Source of the DNA: an uncultured virus (IMG/VR IMGVR_UViG_3300024261_000008)
Lineage: Duplodnaviria > Heunggongvirae > Uroviricota > Caudoviricetes
IMG/VR virus record: IMGVR_UViG_3300024261_000008
Span: 1 to 64,000 of that record
Strand: one strand, 5' to 3'
Length of the DNA: 64,000 nucleotides
Shown here: piece by piece, positions 27,601 through 38,900 of the stretch
Layout of the letters: the number at the start of each line of letters is the position of its first letter
Position numbering within the stretch: position 1 is the first letter of the stretch
Program-made: the position numbers and the translations under genes
Notes under the pieces: model-generated
Seen by the model: the letters and a program-made list of their open reading frames with translations, nothing else
Databases searched by the model: none
Told to the model about the DNA's origin: nothing

Positions 27601-30600
27601 GGTGCAGAGTTTAATCAGTTGCAGGCTCCTACAGTATTCGGTGCTGACACAATCTATGGAGGTTCCAATCCATTTGACTCAGCAAATATCTACAAACCAA
27701 CAGATCAGATCGACATTGCTCAGGGTGGCCTACGAATCCGTAATGCCAAACTCGTGCAAGAGTCCACAAGTGGCAATCCCGGTCAAATAGGTTGGGATCA
27801 GAACGGTCTACTTTGCTATACAAGTTCAAGTTGGAAACGTGCTCCATTGCTTCGTTTCACAACTACTGTAAGCAATCCTACACTTGATAGTGTTGCACTT
27901 ATTGTTGATGGCAATGCTAAACTTACTGCAACTGCAAACGATCTTCAAGCAGCAGCAGGCTATGTTCCACAGACTGATAATAGTCTTGTGACTAAGGGTA
28001 GCATGGAAGATGGCACTGTGAAGGCTAAATTACCAATCGCAGGCGTTGACGGCACTGTTACACTGCTTGGTGCAAATAACATATTTAGTGTGTATAATGC
28101 TGGTAGTGAAAGTTTTATTATTAGTGCAGATCAACATATTGGCTTAGGAATGACTCCTGCCAGTAACGTACTACTTGATGGTACTACTGATCAGGCATTT
28201 GTTTACAGGTTCAAGAGCACCAACACCGGACTATACGATGGTCGCTTTGGTACTAGAATCGAAAGCACTGAGTATATAAACTTTATTGTTGAGACAGTGG
28301 TTGACCCACAACAACAAACTTATGGTTTATGGGGTGGCAACAGTGGTGGAAGTAGTCCAATTATAGTAGGTAGTCAGACTGCCGATGTTCTTATCAGGTC
28401 TACTGGACCTACTGCTGATCAGTTTATCAGATTTGATCTTCCTGTCATCAGTGGTCAAACTGGTGGTAGTATGGTTATTCCTGCTGGCAACAGTGTTCCT
28501 GCAAATCTACTTATAGGTGGCACAGGAGAGAATCCAAAGAGTTCCTTTACTATCTGTGCAAAGGCTGGTGGCAGTGCTGTAACCAATCCTCAAAGTGTGG
28601 TTTGGGCATCTCACATGGATGGAGATCAGTATAGTGGTAGTGCTTACTTTAAGTTGGCACATGGTGACGATGGTAATAATAGCCAACTATCTTACTGGAA
28701 TATTTTTGCCAGTACTCCAACAGACATTACAGATGCTAGTGGTGTTTATGAACGTACAGATTATACGTTTAGAATAGCCGGTACTGTAGCGAAAAGTACT
28801 GACGGGTCTGCTCCCGGTACTGTTAATTACATCACCTGTGTTGAATCTACAGACACAAATCATTGTAAAGTTCAGATAAATCGAGATGTAGAATTTTTGT
28901 CGGCTGTTAGTGGTATCAATATTAGTAATCTGGACGATGTTGAATTTCCAGTTGGACCTAGCCCAGTTTCAGCAGATCAAATACTGCGTTACTCTACCCT
29001 TAACAACAAATGGGTTAATAGCAATGCAGGAAATGCAGTACTAGGCAGTGCTCCTCTTGGTGGCTGGCCTGTTGGCTCAGTCGGTGAGGCTATTGCTAAT
29101 GGTGCTGGTGCTGCCACTCTTCCGATTAGTAGTGTTGATAACAACCTTGAAATCAGTCAAGTAGACACTAAATCGTTTGGCTTTAATATCCAAGGTTCGA
29201 CTGCTGTAGAAATATCACAAAATAACGGCAGTAACTCACCTACTATAAAGATTGGTGACCCTCACTCATTTGGAACTCCGGGTATTAGCACATATAACAG
29301 TGGAACTTTAGGTAGCAGTCAATCACACTATCGCTTGGTAAGTCCAACAGGCACAGATGGTACTGGTCAAAACTATACCTATCTTGGTGTTACGAACCCA
29401 ACTTTCAGTTCTGCCGGAACTGTACTAACTGGTGGCACAGCCTATGTTGCTAGTCAAAGAGACATGGTTGTTGGTGCAGGTATCGATATCAACGATGTCA
29501 CTAGAGCAATCAAGTTTAATGTTGGCAATTGGGCTGAAGTTAACACTGAAATGAAGATAGAACGCAACAAGGTCATGACAAGACCAGCATACAACTACTG
29601 GGCTTGTGGTAACAATTATGATATTGAAAGTTCTAAGTTCTACCTACATTACAGAGGAGATACTTCTAAATACCAAGTTGGTGTTGGCATACCTCCTAGT
29701 CAAGCACAGCCTGCTAGTGACTTTGTAGTAGGAAGTACTGTTTCTGGTAGTTCAACAATCTCTACTATTCAAAGTCGAGGTTTTGCAACTATTCAGTATA
29801 ATCAGTTTAGAGGTGATGATGGTTACTTGAATATCTCTCGTCAAAATCAAAATGGTGTAATCAGTTTTGCGAGCAATGAAGACTCAACTGGCAGAGGGGC
29901 CGAGAACATCATGCAGTTCGTGCCTACTACGCAAGCCATAAGAATGAATTATAATGTTGGTTTAAATTGTGCTGTGGGTGATACAAGACTACAGGTAGAA
30001 AATCCCGGTGCCAGTGGTACTCAAACCGTTTACGGTATGATTGTTGGTGGCAACATGGGTGCTACCTCAATTATTACCAATGCAAGTTGCAGACAAGATC
30101 AGACTACTGCTGCTGGTTTCTATTCCTATAATAGTGTGTCAGCAAATGTAACTTTGGGAACACTATATTGCTTCAGAGCAGATTCACCAAACACTCTAGC
30201 AGGAGATGTAAATTCTCATGTAGGCTTCTATGCTGGTCAAGGTATTAAACATGGTGCTGGTAACAGTATAGGCTTCAGTTCGGCTGTACCAAGTGGAGAG
30301 AGCAACTGGGCATTCTTTAGTAATACTCCCGGTACTCAATCTTACATGAAAGGCAATGTTGGAATTGGTTCGAACCAAAGTAAACCAGCCTACAAACTTT
30401 GTGTAGCAGCAGAAGAAGATGACACTTACACTTTAAGAGTTGGTAATAATGCTGGTGGAGCAGGTAATATTAGAGGTACTACAAGAATTGGTATAGATGC
30501 ATTTGGTCCAACAAACACCCATTCTTCTGTAGCACTGATGGTTAATCAGCACAATACCACTAGTAGTTTTCAGGGTGATCTACACATCCAAATGAGACAG

Positions 30601-31308
30601 GATCAGACTGACTCACTACCAGTAAGTAAGTTTGTATTTACTCCTGAAGGTAACTTTGGTGTTAACGCTAGTGGAGTGTCAGAAGCCCTAGTAGCACTTG
30701 ATGTTAACAGTGACAGGATAGCCATTAGAGACGAATATACTCCTAATGCACTTTCAGCAGGTACAATCGGTGAAATTGGCTGGGATGAAGACTATATCTG
30801 GGTCAGAACACCCGCAGGCTGGAAGAAATCTGCACTTGATACATTTAATGGCAGCGGCAGTTCTTCAAGTGTTGTAAGAGGTTCTGTTGCTGCAACAGGA
30901 ACTCAGACAGACTTTACTGTTACTGAAGGCTATACTGCTAATCAGTTAGATGTTTATGTCAACGGTGTCAAGATGCTTGATACCACAGACTACACTGCCT
31001 CAAACGGTTCCACAATCGTTCTAGCAACGCCTGCTGCTAGTGGAGATATTGTACAGTATACAGCATACTCAAACGTAAGTGTTACACTAGCAACACAAGC
31101 AGGCACTCCACTATCATCTAGTGATGCTGGAAGTATTGGCGATATTAAGCATAGCGACCATTATATATGGGTTAAGACAAGTGCAGGTTGGAAGAAATCT
31201 CCACTATATGCCTTTAACCAAACTCCTAGTTTGACCGTTCGTGTGACTCAGGCTGAGTATGATGCTCTGACCCCTGATTCTGATATAACTTATGTAATTG
31301 TGGGGTAA
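24655..31308 (+). CDS. 2217-aa fibre protein (Mtd_N-like start, internal repeats, C-terminal TQAEYDAL motif)
   Basis: Three FxG..DPT..SAP..P.NGDxW repeats; three G.IG.D...GWK repeats; one YVNGVKM domain. Confidence 0.88.
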   Translation: MAVYKLIKLKRDYTANWTLLNPILSLGEPGYERDTGKLKIGDGVTPWVDLDYIKVDMDDVVIDPDDLADVLNNVLQGGFGIDIIYSDPSDTILIRTTGLATQSDFIALSGDVANLDSALIFRGITDPTQLNSAPTDPVPDNGDMWISNASGQIDGSWVNLSGQDIVVDQFMLYEEDANGWVLGGNAVGVDLSDYATKAELNNLQYQVNQNSNNISVNYLDIQQNIVDIINLKNSTNNQQTQIDALIQATGHIHDQDIYQIFNDLIILQDNYTALSGYSDARDDSLQQQINAISGAIPPEVDLSVISGYIAANTASGVVVLGKADQNSDDIATLSGLIDGGLDFKGYINPTVTGSAPSLPTNGDLWISDTSGVIDNGWTCIAGQDVGVNQWMIYSDDDTCWQLGPATDIDLSAYALKTELNTVSGLVDQNATDIITISGLVGSGIPSGLVEYSTGLAIRHGSTEVSVNEVSGNSVIDLTNWKIKDGHFIPNSNASFDLGNAEYKVRHLFLSDNSIYMGEGNLSATSGSTVLLWNGEPLAKITDINTIISGELAEQKLLDLQDVTSDGPVEQYAVPVYNQGTSEYKVKRLTPLEVEDTSTPPLDGYPAGSLGNELQDIKGDIQSNTILISGIAEDIVEIPDAVIFKGVTDPTVSGSAPAGPDNGDMWVSNNSGLIDGSWTGLSGEDVLENQFLLYSTGLNVWLRGGKIDVSDLSDQYLPLTGNLNPNDQKLDAVAFTSNVVTTSISGLYPSSRYIGNLTYINHPNQPLPVAAQVYGPSEFNVNRSDYSRDWKDGIDYGFDCVSILYENEDIPEAGYSWSIKVGPPSKYFPSGIANNGKPYQQNRYRDPNPKGWNPAFLAQRAAIRGQGAFEFRPYVTTASQDMTTAPYQVGFRSCPQNDIEFYKVYANEPSATPTYIGFHSDPRQQVFDNGPIGSSTKGYALHIDFRAGSDYELFQGTGHGRVYGFFADMLNKGGANVAGFIERGAEFNQLQAPTVFGADTIYGGSNPFDSANIYKPTDQIDIAQGGLRIRNAKLVQESTSGNPGQIGWDQNGLLCYTSSSWKRAPLLRFTTTVSNPTLDSVALIVDGNAKLTATANDLQAAAGYVPQTDNSLVTKGSMEDGTVKAKLPIAGVDGTVTLLGANNIFSVYNAGSESFIISADQHIGLGMTPASNVLLDGTTDQAFVYRFKSTNTGLYDGRFGTRIESTEYINFIVETVVDPQQQTYGLWGGNSGGSSPIIVGSQTADVLIRSTGPTADQFIRFDLPVISGQTGGSMVIPAGNSVPANLLIGGTGENPKSSFTICAKAGGSAVTNPQSVVWASHMDGDQYSGSAYFKLAHGDDGNNSQLSYWNIFASTPTDITDASGVYERTDYTFRIAGTVAKSTDGSAPGTVNYITCVESTDTNHCKVQINRDVEFLSAVSGINISNLDDVEFPVGPSPVSADQILRYSTLNNKWVNSNAGNAVLGSAPLGGWPVGSVGEAIANGAGAATLPISSVDNNLEISQVDTKSFGFNIQGSTAVEISQNNGSNSPTIKIGDPHSFGTPGISTYNSGTLGSSQSHYRLVSPTGTDGTGQNYTYLGVTNPTFSSAGTVLTGGTAYVASQRDMVVGAGIDINDVTRAIKFNVGNWAEVNTEMKIERNKVMTRPAYNYWACGNNYDIESSKFYLHYRGDTSKYQVGVGIPPSQAQPASDFVVGSTVSGSSTISTIQSRGFATIQYNQFRGDDGYLNISRQNQNGVISFASNEDSTGRGAENIMQFVPTTQAIRMNYNVGLNCAVGDTRLQVENPGASGTQTVYGMIVGGNMGATSIITNASCRQDQTTAAGFYSYNSVSANVTLGTLYCFRADSPNTLAGDVNSHVGFYAGQGIKHGAGNSIGFSSAVPSGESNWAFFSNTPGTQSYMKGNVGIGSNQSKPAYKLCVAAEEDDTYTLRVGNNAGGAGNIRGTTRIGIDAFGPTNTHSSVALMVNQHNTTSSFQGDLHIQMRQDQTDSLPVSKFVFTPEGNFGVNASGVSEALVALDVNSDRIAIRDEYTPNALSAGTIGEIGWDEDYIWVRTPAGWKKSALDTFNGSGSSSSVVRGSVAATGTQTDFTVTEGYTANQLDVYVNGVKMLDTTDYTASNGSTIVLATPAASGDIVQYTAYSNVSVTLATQAGTPLSSSDAGSIGDIKHSDHYIWVKTSAGWKKSPLYAFNQTPSLTVRVTQAEYDALTPDSDITYVIVG

Positions 31309-31311
31309 AAT

Positions 31312-31767
31312 ATGCCATTTATAAAATGGGACGAAGCAGATGATGTTAAAAATGGTACTGACGATGTAGACAAAGTCTACATCGGTTCAGACCAAATGTA
31401 CCCACCCGATAATAATTATGCTCTAAGCAGTCCTGTAAATGTGACAGTAAGCGGAGGTAAATACTATTTTGATGGTCAAGACCCAGACCAGTATACTGTA
31501 ACATCAGGATCATACTTATTCCAAAATATTCCTTCAAGTCACCCTATGGCCTTTACCATGAACCAAGCAGGACAAAATGTTGTTTTTGGTGGTCAAGGTG
31601 CAAATGCAGTAGGACAAAAAACTTCTACTATAGATGGTCAAACTTACACCTATTGGCATGGTGATATAATCTTGTATATTACAGGCCCATCTAATGACTT
31701 CTCCTATGAGTGCTATTATCACGGCCCTATGGGTGGTCAGGACAGAATGAAGAACTTAGCCACTTAA
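31312..31767 (+). CDS. Fibre-associated protein with a cupredoxin-like Cu site
   Basis: N-terminal VDKVYIGSDQMYP adaptor motif; SHPM...YECYYHGPMGG (H, C-x2-H-x2-M). Confidence 0.7.
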   Translation: MPFIKWDEADDVKNGTDDVDKVYIGSDQMYPPDNNYALSSPVNVTVSGGKYYFDGQDPDQYTVTSGSYLFQNIPSSHPMAFTMNQAGQNVVFGGQGANAVGQKTSTIDGQTYTYWHGDIILYITGPSNDFSYECYYHGPMGGQDRMKNLAT

Positions 31768-31789
31768 TTTTACAGGATCGGGGATTATA

Positions 31790-31799
31790 GGTGTATATA
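31790..31799 (+). promoter_or_regulatory. Candidate late promoter GGTGTATATA
   Basis: Intergenic; identical to 13699-13708. Confidence 0.6.
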
Positions 31800-31834
31800 C
31801 TCTTGAGTAGTTTACATATTATGGAGATACAATA

Positions 31835-32374
31835 ATGGGCTGGCAAGTAGAATTAAATTTGATGGTCAGGTCGCTAATTTGCGATATGTCCGATGAACCA
31901 AATTTTTCTGATGAAAGAATCCAGCAGGTTATTGTCATTGCTGCACAATATGTTATCCATGAGTTGGACATTCTTAGTCACTATGAGATTGATATTAAAA
32001 ACTTGGTTATTACACCCGACCCAACTAATCCTAGAGATGTAATATTTCTTGGATTGGTAGCCCTCAAAGCTGCCTGTATGCTGGATCAATGCACATTTAG
32101 AAATCGTGCAAATGCTGAAGGTGTAAAAGCTGTTCTTGGACCAGCAGCCCTGACTGTTACTAACAATCTCAAAGGATTTGGACAAATTTTGGAAATGGCT
32201 CCCGGCCCTTGTGCCAAATATGAGCAATTAAAGAAAGAGTACCTGTTCGGTGGAACCAGAGCGATTCGTGCAGTTCTATCTCCATTTGTAGGAAATGAAT
32301 TTGATCCGACACACTACGGTCTCGGTAGAGACTATATGGCTGGAGAAGATCACAGATCAGGCGACTTTAATTAA
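31835..32374 (+). CDS. Probable head-tail adaptor (connector) protein
   Basis: VRSLICD...FSDERI helical N-terminus typical of head-completion proteins; 179 aa. Confidence 0.55.
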   Translation: MGWQVELNLMVRSLICDMSDEPNFSDERIQQVIVIAAQYVIHELDILSHYEIDIKNLVITPDPTNPRDVIFLGLVALKAACMLDQCTFRNRANAEGVKAVLGPAALTVTNNLKGFGQILEMAPGPCAKYEQLKKEYLFGGTRAIRAVLSPFVGNEFDPTHYGLGRDYMAGEDHRSGDFN

Positions 32375-32432
32375 TTTTAGTCTTTGGACGTAAAATAATC
32401 TTAAAGAACCACATTATTAGGATGGGAATCTT

Positions 32433-32900
32433 ATGCCTGCTGCAAATTATAATTTTACTATAGAGCAAGGTTCATCCTTCGCTATCTCTTTTCAATATTT
32501 AGACAATGAGCAAAACCCCATTGATATCACCAACTGGTGTGCAAGGTTACGCTGGAAAGAAGATGTTATTGATCCTGACACTGGAATCAATAGAATCAGA
32601 ACATTTGTCACTCCCACAATAAGTGCTGAGTATGCTTTTACCACCATCCCAAAAGAAGGTAAAATGATTCTCAAAATTCCTGCTGATGAAACCGCTAGCT
32701 ATGATTTCAACACAGCAAATTATGACTTAGAGTTGCAGGAGCCTAATGACCTATATAGTGGTGGTGGCAAGATTGTGTTTAGAATCTTACAAGGTATCGT
32801 TACCTTGACTAGACCAAATGTTCCTGATCCTGATCAACCATTTGATTGTGATCCTGACGCTAATAATCCAGACGTACACCCCGGTTGTGGAACCTGTTAA
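32433..32900 (+). CDS. Fibre adaptor protein, paralog of 13739..14146
   Basis: YNFTIEQGSSF...PIDITNWCARL...YDLEL. Confidence 0.7.
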   Translation: MPAANYNFTIEQGSSFAISFQYLDNEQNPIDITNWCARLRWKEDVIDPDTGINRIRTFVTPTISAEYAFTTIPKEGKMILKIPADETASYDFNTANYDLELQEPNDLYSGGGKIVFRILQGIVTLTRPNVPDPDQPFDCDPDANNPDVHPGCGTC

Positions 32901-35900
32901 TGAGTTGCTCTGTAAATGTACAACAAATAATCGGACCTTTAAATACTTTAGTTATTGAACGCCAAGAAGATGCAGGCGATCCGGGTTCTATTACAACTAC
33001 AAATATTATCATCAGTAATGATGTTCTGCAACAGATAGAAGTTGTAGATATTTGTAGAGGTACACAAGGACCATCTGGCCCGCCGGGAGCAGAAGGGCCA
33101 CCGGGACCAAGCGGTTTACCCGGACCAACTTTTGATATACTGCCCATAGTCAGTGGAGGAACTAATAATAATTCTTTTAGTGCTGATTATATCATTTATT
33201 ATGATGGTGCTAGTGATCAGTTGGCTAGTAGCAATTATACTATAGATGATATTATTGCAGGTGCTCAAGCCTTAACAGGAATTGTTGAAGGTTCAGGTAT
33301 ACAAAAAACCGACCTAGGAAATAATCAAATTAAATTAGATGCTATTGTCGGAGATGGCTTAGACGTACACAGAACTACAAATGCTATTTTTGTTGATGGC
33401 ACCATAGCAAGACTTGATGATCTTACACCCGGACAATTTCAAGGTGTTTTACCCGTATCTAAAGGCGGTACAGCCAATACGTCTTATCTTGATGGTAAAC
33501 TGATAACTTTTGATTCTACTGCTTTAAATGGCTCAGGACAGTTCATAAGTGCTGGCAATCTAAATGCAGATGAGATTGTAGTTAGTGGGAATGGATTCAC
33601 CCTAGCTGCTGGATCAGGACTCGTGAATGGTGGTTTTGTTATTATACCTAATGGTACAGGCAGGATAGATATTCCAGAATCGGCAGATATTACTGTTTTT
33701 GCTGACAGCTTTGAACTTAGTCAAACAGGAACACCCGGTACATACACAAAGGTAACAACAGACTCCAAAGGACGAGTGGAAGCCGGTGGACAACTCACTC
33801 CTTCTGATATATATAATATTTTAGGTTATATACCTTGGCATTCTGGTAATGATGGTTGTGGTTCTCTGCTTGATGCAGATATGCTTTGCGGCCAGAGTGG
33901 TGATTATTACCTTGATGCAACAAATATAACAGGTATTATTAATACTGGTGTTCTACCAGACATAATGGTTGACGGTAGATATACCAAAGTAGACGTAAAC
34001 ACTAAAGGCCTAGTGACTTCTGGAATGCAGATGACACCACAGGACATAGAAGACATACTCGGCTATGATCCTGTCCGACCAACTGGTGGCGTAGATTTCT
34101 GTGGAGACATAGAACTTCATGGTAGCCTATTTATCAACAAGCCAACAGGTTGCCCCGGAGCAACTTCAGGTCTTCTAAGAGTGTACGACAATATGCCTTT
34201 GATTGCTAGAAATAATGCTGATATAGGAGTAGACGAACCTAGAGGTGTTAGCTTTGTTTACGGTGGTGGTTTTATTGCCAGAACAGGTTCTATCGCTTAT
34301 TATCCTACAGAAGATGTTGTTTATGTTACTACTAACATGACAGCTAATAACAACGGTGTTGATGGAGGAGACAGCGACGACGACTTTCAAGATGATGTTA
34401 ACGGAGGAGATGCTAATTCTACATTCCCTATTAGTAATCTCACAGGAACGAAACGACTCTTACTATACAAAGATACAGCAGATGAACTGTATGTTAGTCT
34501 TACAAAAGACCAGCAGATTGTAGCGGGTTTTAAAAAATGGATTAATGGTATAGGTGTTAATGATCAAGTAATTATATATGATAATGATGGCAATCCTACA
34601 GTTCCTCCAACTAATGTAGGCAGCAATACATTACTAAATGTAAATTTTAATGCGGATTTATTAGACAGTCAACACGGAGAGTATTATTTAGACGCTAATA
34701 ATATTACTGGTATTTTTGATCCTACTAAAGTTAGTTTTGGTTTTATTGAAGGCACTAAAAATTATATACCTAAATTCGATGGGGATAATAATCCCGCCAA
34801 CATTATTCGTGACAGTGTAATGTATGAAGATGGTGCCACCAGAGATATTACTATAGGAGAAGAAAAGAATCTTATAGTCGGAGCAAACCAAAGGAATGAC
34901 CAATCGCCTTCAACCAGAAATGCAATGATTGGTGAAGATAATGGGATTAGTTCAGCAGACAATTCTTTGCTTGTCGGACAACAAAATCAGGTTCATGATG
35001 CAAAAAATGTTATAGCCGCTGGTTTTAAAGCCAGTGGACTTAAAGACAATTCTATAGCACACGGTAAATATGGTACTACTTGGCTAGAAAATCAAATAGC
35101 ACATGGGGCTTACAGAGTAGATGACTCTAACAACCTACTCATAGAACATGGTCAAGCTAGTGACTACATGATGTATCTAGAAGGTCAAACCGCAACTAAC
35201 TGGGCAAACCTCATTCCTTCTGTACAATTACCAGATGATACTACGCTGGCTTTTAAAGTATCTATGTTGATGAACAGTGCTTTTTCTACTGGAGTGGCAG
35301 AATTTGAATTTTATAGTGGCATTGTTAAAAATGTAAAACTTCGTGACCCTAGTAACATATCTGAAATTATAAATGTTACTACAATTATGCAGCAACCTAA
35401 AAAGAATGAGATATATAACAACTCACATATACACGATTACTATTTGCAGTTGATGTGTACAGAATTAAATGAAATTCAGAATGAAACTATTAAAGTTAAT
35501 GATTCTCCCATAGATTTGCTACCAATAAGAATAGATAATGAACCAACAGAGATTATTTCTAAATATGAAGACCCAGATGGATACAATGCTACTTATCTTA
35601 AAGACAACTTAGGAAACATGAGTATTACTCTTGATGCTGCATCTATAACAGGAAATTATGTTGGTAGCACTGAAGGTGATTTAAGAGTGTCTTGTAGAGA
35701 CCACGGCTTGCTTCAGGGTGAATATGCATACATAGAATTTACTAGTCACAATCAAGTATCGTTTCCTGATGACAGATATTTAGTTAAGTCTGTTGTTGAT
35801 GAAAATACTTTTGTTTTACAAGGTTTGCATTTCAGGGCAGAGAAACAAACTGACAACTCACTAGGTGTACTTACCATATTGCCTGATGACATTAGAAAGT

Positions 35901-38900
35901 TAGACTCAGCAAATACCGTAACTATGACAGGTCTCACTAGGATAGGCACTAATGGATATGAGATTAGAGATGATAATCAAGTAGGCCTTAATAGATTCCT
36001 TAGTTTGGCTAGCCCAGACTCACATCTTGAGGTTACTATCAATAATGATCCTAATGCCAAACATTATTGCCTTTACCGAAATTTTTCTATAGATAATTTT
36101 AACAGGGAGTTATTGGAGGTAGACTCAACTGACTCTTCAGGAACATCTGTCATTAGAGATATATCCTATAAAGATTACACATATGAGTTTATAAGAAAAG
36201 CAGAATCCCTTAGTGTTTCTGGTACAGCATCTACTGTTAATTGGTTAAATAGTAATACAACTAGTCTTGCAAAATATGTAGAAGGTGGAAATGATGCTTA
36301 TACAGCTATCACTGTTAATGGCGACACATATCTTTCTCCTATTACAGATAATATAGAGGTAATTGGACCTGCACCTACTGGCATGTCCCTTTATCTTGCA
36401 CAAACCTTATCTAGTGTGAATGATGGAGATATAGTAAATATTTCTGTCACTCATACCGGAGTAGAAGGAACTCTTAAAGTCAGGCAAAGACAAAAACATA
36501 CTGGTTCATACCAAAGAATACAGTATAATCCTAATGAGCAAATAGACTGTGTATATACTCTTTATCCTAGCGAAGACCCCGCCCTACCTGCTAGAGTACA
36601 TATTTACGCAGAAGACTACCAAGACTTAGGATTATTAGACAATCCTTACGAGTTCGTTCTTTATGACGATCTTATTACTCCTACGGATAACGATAAATTT
36701 AAAATCGTATCTGATAACGATGTTTACTATTTGTATACCGCAGTAGACATGCCAATGTCTAACATATCCTATACTGTAGAGATCAGAGCCATTAATGTAT
36801 ATGGTGAAGTAGATATAGATCAAATTTTACAGGTAAATGTTTCTGATACTTTGTCTTTAGCAAACAATGAAAAGGGCTTAGACTCAATACTTCTTACAAA
36901 CAATACAATAGCTACAGGAACCCCTGCCGACACATACGTAGGAACAATTTCTGGCAACGGTGGATATAATCCTTATGTGGTATTTGACACACCATACAAT
37001 GGTTTTGAAGCAACATTTGTTTCAGGAACAGACCTCGTTACGTGTACAGGAAATATTAAAAAGTATGACACAACAGAATTAATTGGAGACCCATGCTTTT
37101 TGTGCAGTGGCTCTACCATATCTGTAGATTTTAAGAGATTCAGTGTTCCAGATAGAACCCTTGAAGTTCTTGAGGTTTACTGTGAAACAGGACTCGCGGT
37201 TTCTCCAGTTTTTAACAATAGTGCCGTAGTTAAGTTCGTGTGGACAGACCCATCTCAGGTTGGTTCTGTTATTAATACTCAGACTTTTAATGTTAACGGC
37301 AGCGACATACAGTACACTGTTACTGACACAGGACTACCATATGGTTTTGAAGCACTTGCTGCAAACACTACGGTTCCTGAGATAACAGGTTCTTTTGAAC
37401 CCAACATCGAATGGATAGAGTACACTGGTTTAGCTTCTGAACTTTATGATACGGCTTCTGACGTAAACTATACCACTACAACATTTACTCCTAGCCAACC
37501 AATATCAGGTTTACAAAAAGACGTAGGACAAGCCGTTCTTGATTTTCCAACTCCTGTTACTGGCTTGGTTCTTTGGTTTAGAGATATTGAATCTTCTAAT
37601 TCTCAAGACGGTTATATTCTACAGCAAGACTCATTTAAAATCGCTTTGGAAGATAGTACTGGATTTATTCAAAATGATTCTGATTATTCTAACAGCGGAT
37701 TATTGGTTGCAGATAGACCAATCTATATTCTTGAAGGTTCTAACGCACTCAGCAACATATCTGATAACATCATACCTTTTTCTGGTGCTAGTATTGACAT
37801 GATAGTATGCATGACAGGTGTGGTATCAGGAGAAGTTAGATTCTCGGTATTAGCAGACGCAGGAACCAATTACAAGGTAGCTGTCGGTGAACTACAACAA
37901 TACACTTTTAATAGTAATTCTAATCCTGTTATTAGAGTAAGTGAAGTTTATGAAGATACAATAGACAACCAAGGAGCAGTAATTACATATACTGGAACCC
38001 CTATTGATTCTGGAAATTACATAATCAGTGGATTAAAAGAAGGTCCGGTATTTCGTAGCTGTCAAGAGAATGACGACGATGGCTTCTTTGGTTATGAAAC
38101 CCAAGCAAATGGACTATGTTATGTTACAGGAGAATGCAAAGTTTATTCTTCTATAGTTGGTCCTGATGGAGAAGGTGAAGCAGTATACAGAGTCACTTTT
38201 CCAGAAAATATTTATATAAGTTATGATAGCGAATCATATATACAGTTGTCTAATTGGACACCAACAGACTCAAATCCAAATGGAGAAGTTCTTATTACTC
38301 CTTCAGATGGTCACTACCCTATTACTGAAGTTTCTGGCATTAGTAACAACTCCTTCCTGATTCCTGAACAATACGCTATTGCTTTGCCAGTTGATGGCAC
38401 AGGACTAAGTAGCCAAGGTACTGTGAGTGGTTCTTTTGATATTTATCATGAATACAAGAGCCTTCCAAGTAACATTATTAATCAAGTGCCCGGAGACTTC
38501 TTGACTGTAGAACGAACCTACAATCCTCCTGTATTAGACCCTGACTATAGACCTAAAAATGATCTTTTTGATATTTTGTCAATACAAGGTAATAGGATTA
38601 TTACAGAAGATAAGAAAAATTATGTTCTTATAGAAGACGATAGACCTCCTTATCTTGACCATACAATTCGTGGAATATACACTAATGACTCTAGAGAGTT
38701 CTACGCAAATGTTAAACGGTACGGAAACAGATTAATTGACCTTAGATTTGAGAAAGACCTAGAAAGCAGACGACTACCTTATGCTGATGGACCGTGGGCC
38801 TATAAAGACCTTTATGTCGGTGCTGATTATGACCATGTAAATAAACGACTAATTCTGTTTAATCTTCCTACTGGCGTATATAAACCAATGGATCGTATAC

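Noticed and set aside
14393..31308. Diversity-generating retroelement suggested by Mtd_N-like domains and tip paralogs
   Set aside because: No reverse transcriptase in the window. The paralogs differ by indels and at all bases, not only at adenines, and no TR/VR pair was seen.
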